DNA of 64,000 nt from Candidatus Latescibacterota bacterium (GCA_965204725.1 OZ242005.1:4320001-4384000), one strand, 5' to 3'; positions 29,428 to 39,217 are shown, counted from the stretch's first letter. A program made the numbers and translations. Notes: generated from the sequence alone by a model not told the origin.

Positions 29428-31560
29428 ATGGAAATTCGCCAATTCGCCGAACAGGTGCTCTTCGGAACGCGCTGGGAAGACAAACTCATCGCCCTCGATC
29501 GCTACGAGGACCACGCGCCCGGTGCGGGGATTGAGACCCCCAGCGCCCCAGGCCGCCCGCCCGGCTTGGGGCTGGACGAGTGGCACCACCGGGAAAGGCT
29601 CCGCTTCCGCGACGTGCGCCACTTCCACAGCGAAAAGGAGCGCGGGCTGGTCTTGCACTTTTTTGCCAATCACGAGCTGCTCGCCTTGGAGCTGATGGCA
29701 CTGGCCCTGCTCAAATTTCCGCAGGCCCCGGAGAAGTTTCGCCGCGGCGTGGTGCAGACGCTCAAAGACGAGCAAGAGCATGTGCGGCTCTACCAGCAGC
29801 GGATGCAGGAGATTGGGGTGAGTTTCGGCGAAATCCCGGTCGGCGACTTTTTCTGGCAGGCCATCGGGCCGATGGAGACCCCGATGGACTTTGTAACCGG
29901 CTTGAGCCTGACCCTCGAACAAGCCAATCTCGACTACGCACGGCACTACGCCGAGACCTATCGGCAGTTGGGCGACCCAGAGACTGCGGCGATTCTGGAG
30001 CGGATCTATCGCGACGAAATCGGCCACGTCAAGCACGGATTGACGTGGTTTAGGCGCTGGCAGGAGGCCGGGCTGAGCGAATGGGAAGCCTATCGCCGGG
30101 CACTGCGCTTCCCGCTGGGACCAGCGCGGGCCAAAGGCATCGGCTTCAACCGCACGGGTCGGCTTAAGGCCGGGCTTTCCGCGGATTATATCGACGAACT
30201 GGAGCTGTTCTCGCAGTCGCGGGGACGCTGTCCGGCCGTGTACTGGTTCAATGCCAACTGCGAGGGGCAAGTCGCCTTGGGGCGGCCGGGTGTTACGCCG
30301 CCGCAGCGGGTGGCCGAGTTGGAGGCCGACTTCCAAGTGCTGCCCATGCTCCTGTGCGCCCGCGATGACGTGGTGCTCCTGCGCACAAAGCCCTCGCCGG
30401 CCTTTTTGCGACAGATGCAGGCGTTGGGCTTTGCGATTCCAGAGTTCGTCGAATGCAGCGCGGATGGCCTAGCGGCACTGGCCGAGCGCAAGGTCAACGC
30501 GCTCAGACCTTGGGGCTGGAGTCCAGACAGTGCCGAGTTGCTCGCGCCGTTGGGCGCGGGCTTACCTCGCGGTGGCGAAGGGCCTTGCTGGAGCGCGGCG
30601 ATTCGGTCGCTCTACGCCAAGTCGTGGAGCGCGGCGCGGCTGGGCGAATTCCTCGCAGCGCACGAGGCCGACTATTTCTGCGGGCCGGATGTGGTCGGCA
30701 CGGCTTGCGAGACGACGGAACAAGTCCTAGCGCAGATAGAGCGTTTGGCGGAGGCCGGTTTTGACGCGGTGGTCGTCAAGGCCATATACGGCTCTTCGGG
30801 CCGGGGTCAGATCCACTGCCGTGGAGGTCAGGTCCGCGCAGAGCAACGCGGCCGGCTGGCAAACATGTTGCGGCAGCAAGGCCAAGTCGTAGTAGAGCCG
30901 TGGCTCGACAAGGTGGTGGATCTGTCGCTGCACTTCGATGTGGGGGCGCAGGGTGCGGCGGTGGTGGCCGGCTGGACGCGGTTTCTCACCGCTGGGCGCG
31001 GGCAGTATCGCGGCTCGTTTGTCGGCTCGCTTACCGCTGGCCTCGACGAGGAGGTAAGGCGATTTCTCTACGGCGATGGCCGCGATCCACACCGCTTACC
31101 GCACTTGGGCGAGCAACTCGCCGAATGGCTCGCCGAGCCGTTGTGTGCGGCAGGTTATCAGGGGCCGGTTGGCGTGGATGCCATGGTGTACCGCGACCGC
31201 GACCGTCTGCGGCTAAAGCCGATTGTGGAGATCAACCCGCGCACGACGATGGGCCGGGTGGCACTCAAGCTGCGACAAGCGGTTAATTCGGCTCGCACGG
31301 CCCTGTGGCTGGTACTCAGCCATCGCGAGGTGGTAGCGGCTGGATTTGCTAGCTTGGCCGAATGCGCCGCTGCGCTAGAGGCCGCGCATCCGGCCCGGCT
31401 GATGCCCGATGGCAAGCAACTGAGCGGTGGGGTGCTTTTTACCACCGATCCGGCACAGGCCCGTTCTTTCGCCACCGCGCTGCTAGTCGGCGAATCGCTG
31501 GCCGAGTGCGAGGAGTACCTGCGAGAAGCGGGGTTGGTGCTCAAGTCGGGTGTGAACTGA
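29428..31560 (+). CDS. Ferritin-like DUF455 (diiron) domain fused to an ATP-grasp ligase domain
   Basis: N-terminal HFFANHELLA, DEQEH, LEQANLD, DEIGHV; C-terminal PWGWS, VVK..YGSSGRG, VVEPWLDK, GPVGVD, VEINPRTTMG. Confidence 0.8.
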   Translation: MEIRQFAEQVLFGTRWEDKLIALDRYEDHAPGAGIETPSAPGRPPGLGLDEWHHRERLRFRDVRHFHSEKERGLVLHFFANHELLALELMALALLKFPQAPEKFRRGVVQTLKDEQEHVRLYQQRMQEIGVSFGEIPVGDFFWQAIGPMETPMDFVTGLSLTLEQANLDYARHYAETYRQLGDPETAAILERIYRDEIGHVKHGLTWFRRWQEAGLSEWEAYRRALRFPLGPARAKGIGFNRTGRLKAGLSADYIDELELFSQSRGRCPAVYWFNANCEGQVALGRPGVTPPQRVAELEADFQVLPMLLCARDDVVLLRTKPSPAFLRQMQALGFAIPEFVECSADGLAALAERKVNALRPWGWSPDSAELLAPLGAGLPRGGEGPCWSAAIRSLYAKSWSAARLGEFLAAHEADYFCGPDVVGTACETTEQVLAQIERLAEAGFDAVVVKAIYGSSGRGQIHCRGGQVRAEQRGRLANMLRQQGQVVVEPWLDKVVDLSLHFDVGAQGAAVVAGWTRFLTAGRGQYRGSFVGSLTAGLDEEVRRFLYGDGRDPHRLPHLGEQLAEWLAEPLCAAGYQGPVGVDAMVYRDRDRLRLKPIVEINPRTTMGRVALKLRQAVNSARTALWLVLSHREVVAAGFASLAECAAALEAAHPARLMPDGKQLSGGVLFTTDPAQARSFATALLVGESLAECEEYLREAGLVLKSGVN

Positions 31561-31569
31561 GGTGTGCCC

Positions 31570-31971
31570 CTACTCGGCTCCGTCTAACAGGCGTCCAAAG
31601 GCTTCGAGGTTGGGCACCTGTATGGCCGCCCGATGCAACTGCTTGAGACGCTGCAAATCCTTGATGCCCCGGATGCGAGCGGCCAACGGCTCCGCCGCGC
31701 CGAGCGCAAAGCGAATCTCCAGCACATCGAGCAGAGCTTCAATGGCGCGTTCTCGCCCTCCTTGCTCGCGGGCTTGTTGGGTGAGGAGTTGGGCAAACGA
31801 TGATTCGCGGATAAGGTCCATGATTCCCTCCTGAGAAATAATAGCTGCAATGGTTTCGGGCGCGTATATCAACCCGCTGAGTACCGACAGGCCGCCGACC
31901 AAATTGCCCCGCGCCGGCTCCGCCAGCGGCAGTGCTTGAACCGCTTGTACGCATTGACTCAACCACATCAA
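31570..31971 (-). pseudogene. C-terminal remnant of an Rpn/YhgA-like protein; intact RpnS-like ORF at 31570-31821
   Basis: Lacks the nuclease N-terminus; MDLIRESSFAQ...LLDVLEIRF...LQRLKQLHRAAIQ tail; AGGAGGG SD 4 nt before the internal ATG at 31821. Confidence 0.65.
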
Positions 31972-32025
31972 AGTCGGCCATCCGTAGCTATGACCATCAA
32001 TCGCCGCTCGGCGTTTTAAGGAAGT

Positions 32026-32436
32026 TTAGCGGTTCACCAGCAGTTTCTCTATCTCAGGCGGAAAACCGCGCTGTCCGTCGCGGTTGAGGCTGGTGCCGAT
32101 GAGGCGGCCGTGCAGCACGTGTGCGCCATCGGCTTCTCTGAAGATGTCTTGGACAAAGCAAAAGCGCAGGCGGCTCTCCCGCTCCAAGCGCAGCTCGACC
32201 GTGAAGCGGTCGCCGCTTCTGAGGGGAGCCTTGTAGTCGATTTCTGCGCGGGTGAGAACCAAGTCGTGGCCCTGATGGTGGAAGCGGGCAAAGCTGAGGC
32301 CGAGGCTTTGCAAGTACTGGTGGCGGGCGTGTTCGAGGTAGTTCTGGTACACGGCGTTGTTGACGACGCCCTGAAGGTCGCATTCGTAGTCGCGCACGGA
32401 TAGGGTGAGCGCGAAGTCGGGAGGCGGTGCTGGCAT
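32026..32436 (-). CDS. Acyl-CoA thioesterase (YbgC/FadM, 4HBT hotdog fold)
   Basis: VRDYECDLQGVVNNAVYQNYLEHAR. Confidence 0.9.
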   Translation of the reverse strand: MPAPPPDFALTLSVRDYECDLQGVVNNAVYQNYLEHARHQYLQSLGLSFARFHHQGHDLVLTRAEIDYKAPLRSGDRFTVELRLERESRLRFCFVQDIFREADGAHVLHGRLIGTSLNRDGQRGFPPEIEKLLVNR

Positions 32437-32525
32437 GTTCTATGCTCCTATGGGCAAGAGCGGCGGTGCTGCTTGTTGGATTGGGGGGACTTGGCTATTT
32501 TGTGCCCGCAAAAGGAGGGCGAGCG

Positions 32526-33488
32526 ATGTTAAAAATATCCGTCTGGCACGGCGATTTGTCGGAATCATACCTGCGCTACGTCACCCAACTCGGGGTTGAC
32601 TGTTTGGACTTTGGCTCGGGCGACTACTTCCCCGGGGTCAAAGAGCAGGGTTATCCCGACTTGGACGCCGTGATAAAGATAAGAAAAAAGATCCGCGCTT
32701 GGGGCCTAGACATCAACCGCGTGACCCTACCGGACATAACCGAAAAGTTCATGTCCGGGCAGGACGAGGGCGAGAAGGAGCTGGAAAACACGGCCGCTGC
32801 GTTGGAGGTCTTTGCCGAGGCCGGCGCACCCATTGCGCGGCAGCGATTCCACGGCGATGTGTTCCCTTGGATGCTCCACCGCTGGAACTCGCCCCGCCGC
32901 GGTGGCTATCACTACCGGGCCGAGAGCCGCGGCTTGGCCTCAAGCGATCAAGGCCCGCCCGCGCCCGAGGCACTCGACACGTGGTGGACGCGCTTTTGCG
33001 CGGTGTACGAGCGCTTGGTGCCCATTGCCGAAGATCGCGACATCAAGTTGGCGATCCATCCTTCGGACTCGCCGCTGCCGGATACGCCGCTGGGCGGCTT
33101 GGGCTTTCACAAGGTCATCGACGCCTTTCCCAGCCGCCAAGTTGGGTATCTCTACTGCTGCGGCACCCGCGCCGAGGCTGGGGGCTTGCCCTTAGTGCTC
33201 GACGAGGTCCACAACTACGGGCGCAAGGGCCGGATCTTCATGGTGCATTTGCGCAATGTGCGCGGGAGTTTGGCCACGGCCGGAGGATTTGAGGAGACCC
33301 TGCTCGACGACGGCGACATGAACATGGCCAAAATTCTGCTGGAACTGGAGCGGGTGGGTTTCGACGGGTGTATCAATCCCGACCACATTCCGGCCTTAGA
33401 AGGGGACGAAGGGGCACTGACGCGGGGGTTGGCCTATTCGGTGGGGTACATCAAGGCGTTGTTTGCCGCGTTGGCGGCGATCAAATAG
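32526..33488 (+). CDS. Mannonate dehydratase (UxuA)-like protein
   Basis: PIAE...IKLAIHPSD, CCGT, HLRNVRG, GDMNM, PDHIP, YSVGYIKAL. Confidence 0.8.
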   Translation: MLKISVWHGDLSESYLRYVTQLGVDCLDFGSGDYFPGVKEQGYPDLDAVIKIRKKIRAWGLDINRVTLPDITEKFMSGQDEGEKELENTAAALEVFAEAGAPIARQRFHGDVFPWMLHRWNSPRRGGYHYRAESRGLASSDQGPPAPEALDTWWTRFCAVYERLVPIAEDRDIKLAIHPSDSPLPDTPLGGLGFHKVIDAFPSRQVGYLYCCGTRAEAGGLPLVLDEVHNYGRKGRIFMVHLRNVRGSLATAGGFEETLLDDGDMNMAKILLELERVGFDGCINPDHIPALEGDEGALTRGLAYSVGYIKALFAALAAIK

Positions 33489-33492
33489 CAGA

Positions 33493-34692
33493 ATGAAGCC
33501 GACTAACAAGAAGATCGCGGCGATCATCACGGAATACCGCCCTAGATCGCACGCCGACGTGATCGTCTCCAAATTCCTCAAGGGATTTCCCACGGACGAG
33601 GGCTTGTTCGCGCCGAGGGTTGAGGTCGCGTCTATGTACATTGACCAGTTCCCCGAAAACGACATCGGGCGGGCGATGGCCCAAGAACACGGGGTGCCGA
33701 TTTTTAACAGCATCTCGGCGGCCCTGTGTCTGGGCGGGCGGGAGCTAGCGGTGGGTGGGGTGTTGTCCATTGGCGAGCACGGGGACTACGCTTGGAACGA
33801 GAAGGAGCAACAGCTCTATCCGCGACGCTACTTCATGGAGCAAATCTGCGGGGTGATGGCGACGTCGAAGCGGGGGGTGCCGGTGTTCAACGACAAGCAC
33901 TTGTCCTATAGCTGGACCGACGCGCTGTGGATGTACCAACGGGCGCAGGCGGTGGGGGCGGCGTTTATGGGCGGGTCTTCGCTGCCGGTGTGTTGGCGGC
34001 AGCCTTGGGTCGAGCACGAGCTGGAAACTCCGGTGGAGGAGGCCGTGGCAATCGGGTTTTCCGGGCTAGATATCTACGGGTTCCACACCCTTGAAGTGCT
34101 CCAGTGCATGGTTGAGCGGCGGCGCGGCGGCGAGACCGGGGTGGCCGCGGTGACCTGTTTGGAGGGAGCGGCTGTGTGGCGGGCCGCCGAGGCGGGATTA
34201 TGGTCGCGGGATTTAGCAGAGGCCGCCTGTGCGGCGATTGCCGACAAGCCCGCAGGGACGATGGAGGAACACTGCCAAAATCCAGCACTTTTTGTGGTGG
34301 AATACCGCGACGGGCTGCGGGGGGCCGTGTTGCTGCTCAACGGCTACATCCACGACTTGGCATACGCGACGCGGGTTGGCGGGCAGGTACAAGCCTGCGA
34401 GTTCTACGCCCAAGGGCACGGCGGGCCGGAAGGGGCATACTCTCATTTCAGCTATCTGTCGCTCAACGTCGAAGAGATGTTCCTGAGCGGCGAGGCCCAG
34501 TATCCGGTCGAGCGCACCCTGCTGACCAGCGGCATCCTCGAAGCGGCCCTGACGTCGCGCTATGAGGGCCACAAGCGGCTGGAGACGCCGGAGTTGGCCG
34601 TGAAATACCAGTCCTACGATACGTTCAGATGGCGACCCACCGGGCCGAGACCAACCGGAGCTTGCCTAGACCCGTGGCCGCCAAGCACGTGA
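33493..34692 (+). CDS. Conserved hypothetical protein, divergent Gfo/Idh/MocA-like fold
   Basis: SHADVI, IGEHGDY, PVFNDKHL, GSSLP, YGFH.LE.LQCMVERR.GGE, PVERTLLTSG; paralog at 59923. Confidence 0.75.
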   Translation: MKPTNKKIAAIITEYRPRSHADVIVSKFLKGFPTDEGLFAPRVEVASMYIDQFPENDIGRAMAQEHGVPIFNSISAALCLGGRELAVGGVLSIGEHGDYAWNEKEQQLYPRRYFMEQICGVMATSKRGVPVFNDKHLSYSWTDALWMYQRAQAVGAAFMGGSSLPVCWRQPWVEHELETPVEEAVAIGFSGLDIYGFHTLEVLQCMVERRRGGETGVAAVTCLEGAAVWRAAEAGLWSRDLAEAACAAIADKPAGTMEEHCQNPALFVVEYRDGLRGAVLLLNGYIHDLAYATRVGGQVQACEFYAQGHGGPEGAYSHFSYLSLNVEEMFLSGEAQYPVERTLLTSGILEAALTSRYEGHKRLETPELAVKYQSYDTFRWRPTGPRPTGACLDPWPPST

Positions 34693-34711
34693 ACACGAAA
34701 GGAGGTTCTTG

Positions 34712-36241
34712 ATGCCTACGTTCCAAGATACTCTACAGCTAGCCCATCGAGTCTTTGAAGAAACGAGCGGGCCAGCGTGCCATACCCTAGCCCAACTGGG
34801 CTTTGATCAGCCCTATCAAGCCTTGCGGCGGCTGGATCTGTTGGTCGATCTGGCCGGACCAGCCTATGCCTTAGATCCTCCGGTGTCGCTGCTGGCGGCG
34901 GTGAGCCGATCCGTCCAGCCCGACCAAGCGCTGCGGCGGTTGGAGCGATTCCTAGAAAGAACGGGCGGGATAACGGCACTACATCACCGGACCAACGACG
35001 TCCCCACCTTGGGGCAGCAGTTGGCGCAAGTCTTGGGCTACAGCGGCTTTTTGACCGATGTACTGATGCGCACCCCGGCGTACCTCTACTGGCTGCTCGA
35101 CGAGACGCCCTACCTGAGCCAGTCGCTGGCCCTGTCCGCCCTGCGCCGCACCCTAATCGAAGAGACGGACAGCGACGATCCCCTAACGGACTTGTACCGA
35201 TTCCAGCAGCGCGAGTTGCTGCGGTTGGGCGCGGCCCAAGTGCTGGGCGTGAAAGACGTACGGCAGGTTGGCCGCGAACTGGCCGACCTAGCCGACGGGA
35301 TCGTAGATCAAGCCCTAACGTGGGCGTGGGAAGAGCTGGTGTCGCGCTGGGGCCGGCCGATGGGCCAGCACGGCCGACCGGCCAAGTTTTGCGTGGTGGG
35401 CTTGGGCAAGTACGGCGGCCAAGAGCTCAACTACAGCTCGGATGTCGATTTACTGTTCATCTACGACGAAGAAGGCGAAACGCGCGCGCCGCGCGGCGGC
35501 TATTCGGTCGATAACGGCCAGTTTTTCCGGCGCTTGGGCGAGCGGCTCATCCAGTTGTTGACCGCGATGACCGAGGAGGGATTCTTTTATCGCGTTGACA
35601 TGCGGCTGCGGCCCGACGGAGGCGATGGGGCCTTAGTGCGGCCCTTGGACAGCTACTTGAGTTACTACGAGGAACGGGGCGAGTTGTGGGAGCGCCAGAT
35701 GTTGATTAAGGCCCGGCGCGCCGCTGGCTCAACCCAAGTATGGCGAAACTTTCGCCAAATGCTGGTCCCTTTTGTCTTTCCGAGCCATTTCACGGAAGAC
35801 CCGCGCCAAGAGATTGCCCGCATCAAGCAACGCATCGAAGACGAAATATCGATTCGGGCCGGCGACAACAACATTAAGCTACAGCCCGGGGGCATCCGCG
35901 ACATCGAGTTCATCGTCCAGTGCCTACAGCTGCTCAACGGCCATACTCATCCCCAAATCCGCACCCACAATACCCTGACGACGATTGATCGCCTGCGCCG
36001 GGCCGGCCTGCTCGCGCCAGCGGACGCCCAGACCCTAACGGACGCCTACCGCTTTTTGCGCCAGCTAGAAAACTTGCTGCAAATTCAGGAGGCCCAGCCG
36101 GTGTACGCGGTGCCCGAAGAGGCGGATACCCGCCAGATCCTAGGCGAATTGATGGAACTGGACGAGCCGCTAGAGGCGGCCTTGGATCGGCATCTCAAAG
36201 GCGTCCGGCGGCTGTTTGATGCCGTGGTTGGTGGCCAATGA
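34712..36241 (+). CDS. Half-size GlnE-like nucleotidyltransferase (single module)
   Basis: GKYGGQELNYSSDVDL, YRVDMRLRPDG, WERQMLIKAR, KLQPGGIRDIEFIVQ; AAAGGAGG RBS. Confidence 0.8.
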   Translation: MPTFQDTLQLAHRVFEETSGPACHTLAQLGFDQPYQALRRLDLLVDLAGPAYALDPPVSLLAAVSRSVQPDQALRRLERFLERTGGITALHHRTNDVPTLGQQLAQVLGYSGFLTDVLMRTPAYLYWLLDETPYLSQSLALSALRRTLIEETDSDDPLTDLYRFQQRELLRLGAAQVLGVKDVRQVGRELADLADGIVDQALTWAWEELVSRWGRPMGQHGRPAKFCVVGLGKYGGQELNYSSDVDLLFIYDEEGETRAPRGGYSVDNGQFFRRLGERLIQLLTAMTEEGFFYRVDMRLRPDGGDGALVRPLDSYLSYYEERGELWERQMLIKARRAAGSTQVWRNFRQMLVPFVFPSHFTEDPRQEIARIKQRIEDEISIRAGDNNIKLQPGGIRDIEFIVQCLQLLNGHTHPQIRTHNTLTTIDRLRRAGLLAPADAQTLTDAYRFLRQLENLLQIQEAQPVYAVPEEADTRQILGELMELDEPLEAALDRHLKGVRRLFDAVVGGQ

Positions 36242-36308
36242 TCAGGCCCTATCCGGCCCCGGGCGCGGAATGGGGCCAACCAAATAACCACTTCCAAGGA
36301 GAGCTACC

Positions 36309-37346
36309 ATGATGCAACGTCTCGCCACGATGGTGCTGGCTTTAGTGGCCAGCACGGCCTTCGCCCAAGAGCCGACGGGCGATCCGTCGATTATATCCGC
36401 AGGGGCCAAGCTCGAAGTGCTCTTCGACGGTGCCTTCTTTTCCGAAGGGCCGGCCGTGGCCCTAGACGGCTCGGTTTACTTCAGCGACATTACCTTTTCT
36501 CAGGATTCGGGGATGCAGGCCGGGCATATCTGGCGCTACGATCCCAAGACCGGCCAGACCGCGATCTACCGCTCGCCCAGCGGCATGTCCAACGGCCTCA
36601 AATTCGACGCCATGGGGCGGCTAATCGCCGCTGAGGGTGCTGACTTTGGGGGGCAGCGCGTGACGCGCACAGACTTGGCCACCGGCAAGGCCGAGATCAT
36701 CGCGGGACTGTACGAAGGGCGGCCCTTTAATGCTCCCAACGACATTTCCATCGACGAAAAGGGCCGCATCTACTTCAGCGACCCGCGCTACCTCGGACAC
36801 GAGCCGCTCGACCAGCCGGTGATGGCGGTGTACCGGCTCGACCCAGACGGCACTATCGAGCGGATCATCACCGACGCCGGCAAGCCCAACGGCGTTTGCG
36901 TGTCCCCGGACCAACAGTCGCTCTACGTGGTCAGCAACGACAACGGCAATACCGGGATCTTCCGCTTGGAAGGCATGCCCGCGCACAAGGGCCGAATGGC
37001 TCTGTTGGCGTACGACCTGCATCCCGACGGCACGGCGACCTTCCGCGAGGTGCTAGTCGATTACTATCCAGAAGACGGGCCGGACGGCTTAGTCGCCGAC
37101 GTGGACGGCAACCTGTACGTGGCGGTGCGGGATGTGACGCGCCCGGGCATTGTCGTGTATTCGCCGCAGGGCGAGGAACGAGCCTATATCCCCACGCCCG
37201 AAGTCCCGACCAATGTGGCGTTTGGCCGCGGCGCGGAGAGCAAGACGCTCTACGTCACCTACGGAGGGGGCGACCCGCCCGACAATCCGGGCATCTTGGC
37301 CGAGATAAAGGTCGGCAAGGACGGATACCACCTGCCGGCTCCGTGA
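36309..37346 (+). CDS. SMP-30/gluconolactonase family protein, secreted
   Basis: Signal peptide; SEGP, SNGL, NAPND, KPNG, PDGL, PTNVAFG. Confidence 0.9.
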   Translation: MMQRLATMVLALVASTAFAQEPTGDPSIISAGAKLEVLFDGAFFSEGPAVALDGSVYFSDITFSQDSGMQAGHIWRYDPKTGQTAIYRSPSGMSNGLKFDAMGRLIAAEGADFGGQRVTRTDLATGKAEIIAGLYEGRPFNAPNDISIDEKGRIYFSDPRYLGHEPLDQPVMAVYRLDPDGTIERIITDAGKPNGVCVSPDQQSLYVVSNDNGNTGIFRLEGMPAHKGRMALLAYDLHPDGTATFREVLVDYYPEDGPDGLVADVDGNLYVAVRDVTRPGIVVYSPQGEERAYIPTPEVPTNVAFGRGAESKTLYVTYGGGDPPDNPGILAEIKVGKDGYHLPAP

Positions 37347-37350
37347 TGCG

Positions 37351-39060
37351 ATGACCTCTTTAGACTGGGCCATCGTCTTGGTGCTCAACGGTGGCATCGT
37401 CGCCTATAGCCTGATTGCCTTCCGCAACAAGGGGGAGAGTTTCGACTGGTACCTCGCGGCCAAGTCCATGCCTTGGTGGGTGATCGGGCTATCGGCGTTT
37501 GGCACGGCCGTCGATAGCGGCGATTACGTCGGCATTGTCGGCGGGTCGTATAAGCTGGGGCTGTCGCAACTGGCGCAGTGGTGGCTGGGCATTGCCGTGG
37601 GCTGGACCGTACTCAGCTTCTTCGTCATCGTGCCGATGTATCGCTCTGGGGTTTTTACCAACGCCGAGTGGCTGGAGTTCCGCTTTGGGCCAGCGACCCG
37701 CGTGCTAGCGGTCTTGATCAACGTCCAATCGCGTACCAACGTGCTGGGCAACATCTTCTTTTCCATGTTCCTAGTCCTCAATGTCGTCGCTGGAATCGAG
37801 GAGACGACTTGCTGGTTGGTGGTGGTCGGCGTGGTGCTCAGCTCGGCGCTCTACATCGTGCGCGGCGGCTTGCGCGCCGGGGTGTTGACCGACGCGCTCC
37901 AAAGCACGGCGATGATCGTGGCCTCTTTCGTGCTCTGGGGATTCGTCTATTCGGGGCTGGGCGGCTGGGATGGGGTGACGGCGCGGCTGGAGGCCGTGGA
38001 AGAAGGGCTGGCGGATACGCTGCTGCACGTGGGGGGCTATTCGCCCCCTGGGGTGCCCTCTTTCATGGTGGTATTCGGCTTTTTAGTGGTGCTGACCACG
38101 TACGCGGTCATCAATCAGTACGAGGCTCTCCGCTTCCTCTGCGCCCGCTCGGAGTGGGACTTCAAAATGGCCGCGCTGGTCGCCAGCATCGCCACGGCGA
38201 TATGCCTGTTCTTCAACGTCAGCTTGGGGCCGATGGCGCGGGCGCAGTTTCCCGGCCTAGAAATCGTTGACCAAGCCTATCCACTGATGATCAAAGAGTA
38301 CCTGCCCGCCGGGTTGGTCGGGCTGGTGGTCGCCGGGCTGGTGGCGGCTGGGTACTCGACCTTTGACTCCATTAGCATTGGCATTTCCTCGCTCTTTGTG
38401 CGCAATGTGTACGCACGCACTATAGTCAAGGACGCCACGGATGCACACTACACCAAGGTAGGACGGATCTTGGTGCCATTCATTCTGGCGATGGGCTTTG
38501 TCTATGTGCCCTTTTTGGGCGAGAAGGGGATGCTGCTGTTTTACCTGCGGCTGACTGGGGCCACTGCCGTGCCGCTGATGACGGTCATTCTGATGGGGGT
38601 TTTCACGCGAGTACACCGCAAGACCGGGATCGTCGGCTTGCTGGTGGGGCTTGGCTACGGGATGTCGGCGATCTTGGCCGACTTCAACGAGTGGCCGCTG
38701 CCGGTGTGGTACCACAACACGTGGTGGACCTACCTGTGGAACTTGGTGCTGCCCGCGGCGAGCATGCTCATCGCCTCCAAGCTGATCGACCGGCGACGCG
38801 GTCCGGTGCGCGACGAGGAATTGCGCGGGTTACTGTACGTCCGCCACGAGGACCCGGCTGCCTTGCGCCCGCTAATGGCCCGGCGGATCGTGGAACTCGA
38901 AGGCACTTGGTTGCAGAAAACCCTGATGGAAGCACCCATCCGGCCGGAGTATCCGTTTGCGGTCGGTGAGGATGGTCCTAAGTGGTATTTGCGACCGGGA
39001 GTGTGGATGGGAGTCTATTTGGCCGTGGCGAGCGTGCTACTTTTTGTGGTGTTGTGGTAG
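37351..39060 (+). CDS. Sodium:solute symporter (SSS)
   Basis: MPWWVIGLS, EWLEFRFG, GGLRAGVLTDALQ, LPAGLVGLVVAGLVAA. Confidence 0.9.
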   Translation: MTSLDWAIVLVLNGGIVAYSLIAFRNKGESFDWYLAAKSMPWWVIGLSAFGTAVDSGDYVGIVGGSYKLGLSQLAQWWLGIAVGWTVLSFFVIVPMYRSGVFTNAEWLEFRFGPATRVLAVLINVQSRTNVLGNIFFSMFLVLNVVAGIEETTCWLVVVGVVLSSALYIVRGGLRAGVLTDALQSTAMIVASFVLWGFVYSGLGGWDGVTARLEAVEEGLADTLLHVGGYSPPGVPSFMVVFGFLVVLTTYAVINQYEALRFLCARSEWDFKMAALVASIATAICLFFNVSLGPMARAQFPGLEIVDQAYPLMIKEYLPAGLVGLVVAGLVAAGYSTFDSISIGISSLFVRNVYARTIVKDATDAHYTKVGRILVPFILAMGFVYVPFLGEKGMLLFYLRLTGATAVPLMTVILMGVFTRVHRKTGIVGLLVGLGYGMSAILADFNEWPLPVWYHNTWWTYLWNLVLPAASMLIASKLIDRRRGPVRDEELRGLLYVRHEDPAALRPLMARRIVELEGTWLQKTLMEAPIRPEYPFAVGEDGPKWYLRPGVWMGVYLAVASVLLFVVLW

Positions 39061-39135
39061 GTCAGACGAACTCAGATACCTTCGTACGCGACACGTACGT
39101 TGAGTCCGCCCTTTCTGGTGTTGCCGCTGCGTCCC

Positions 39136-39162
39136 GCCCTCGACGAGGGCAAGATGCCCTCG
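39136..39162. repeat. REP-like palindromic element
   Basis: GCCCTCG-A-CGAGGGCA-AGA-TGCCCTCG: 8-bp stem plus an alternative pairing arm. Confidence 0.55.
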
Positions 39163-39217
39163 ATCCTTGGAAGGTTGGCCGCTGGTGTCGTGTAGTAATC
39201 GCGAGAGGAGCTAAACG

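Noticed and set aside
29374-30336. Long antisense ORFs (e.g. 320 aa here, 300 aa at 48502-49404, 265 aa at 7405-8202)
   Set aside because: Shadow frames of GC-rich genes with no motifs or RBS
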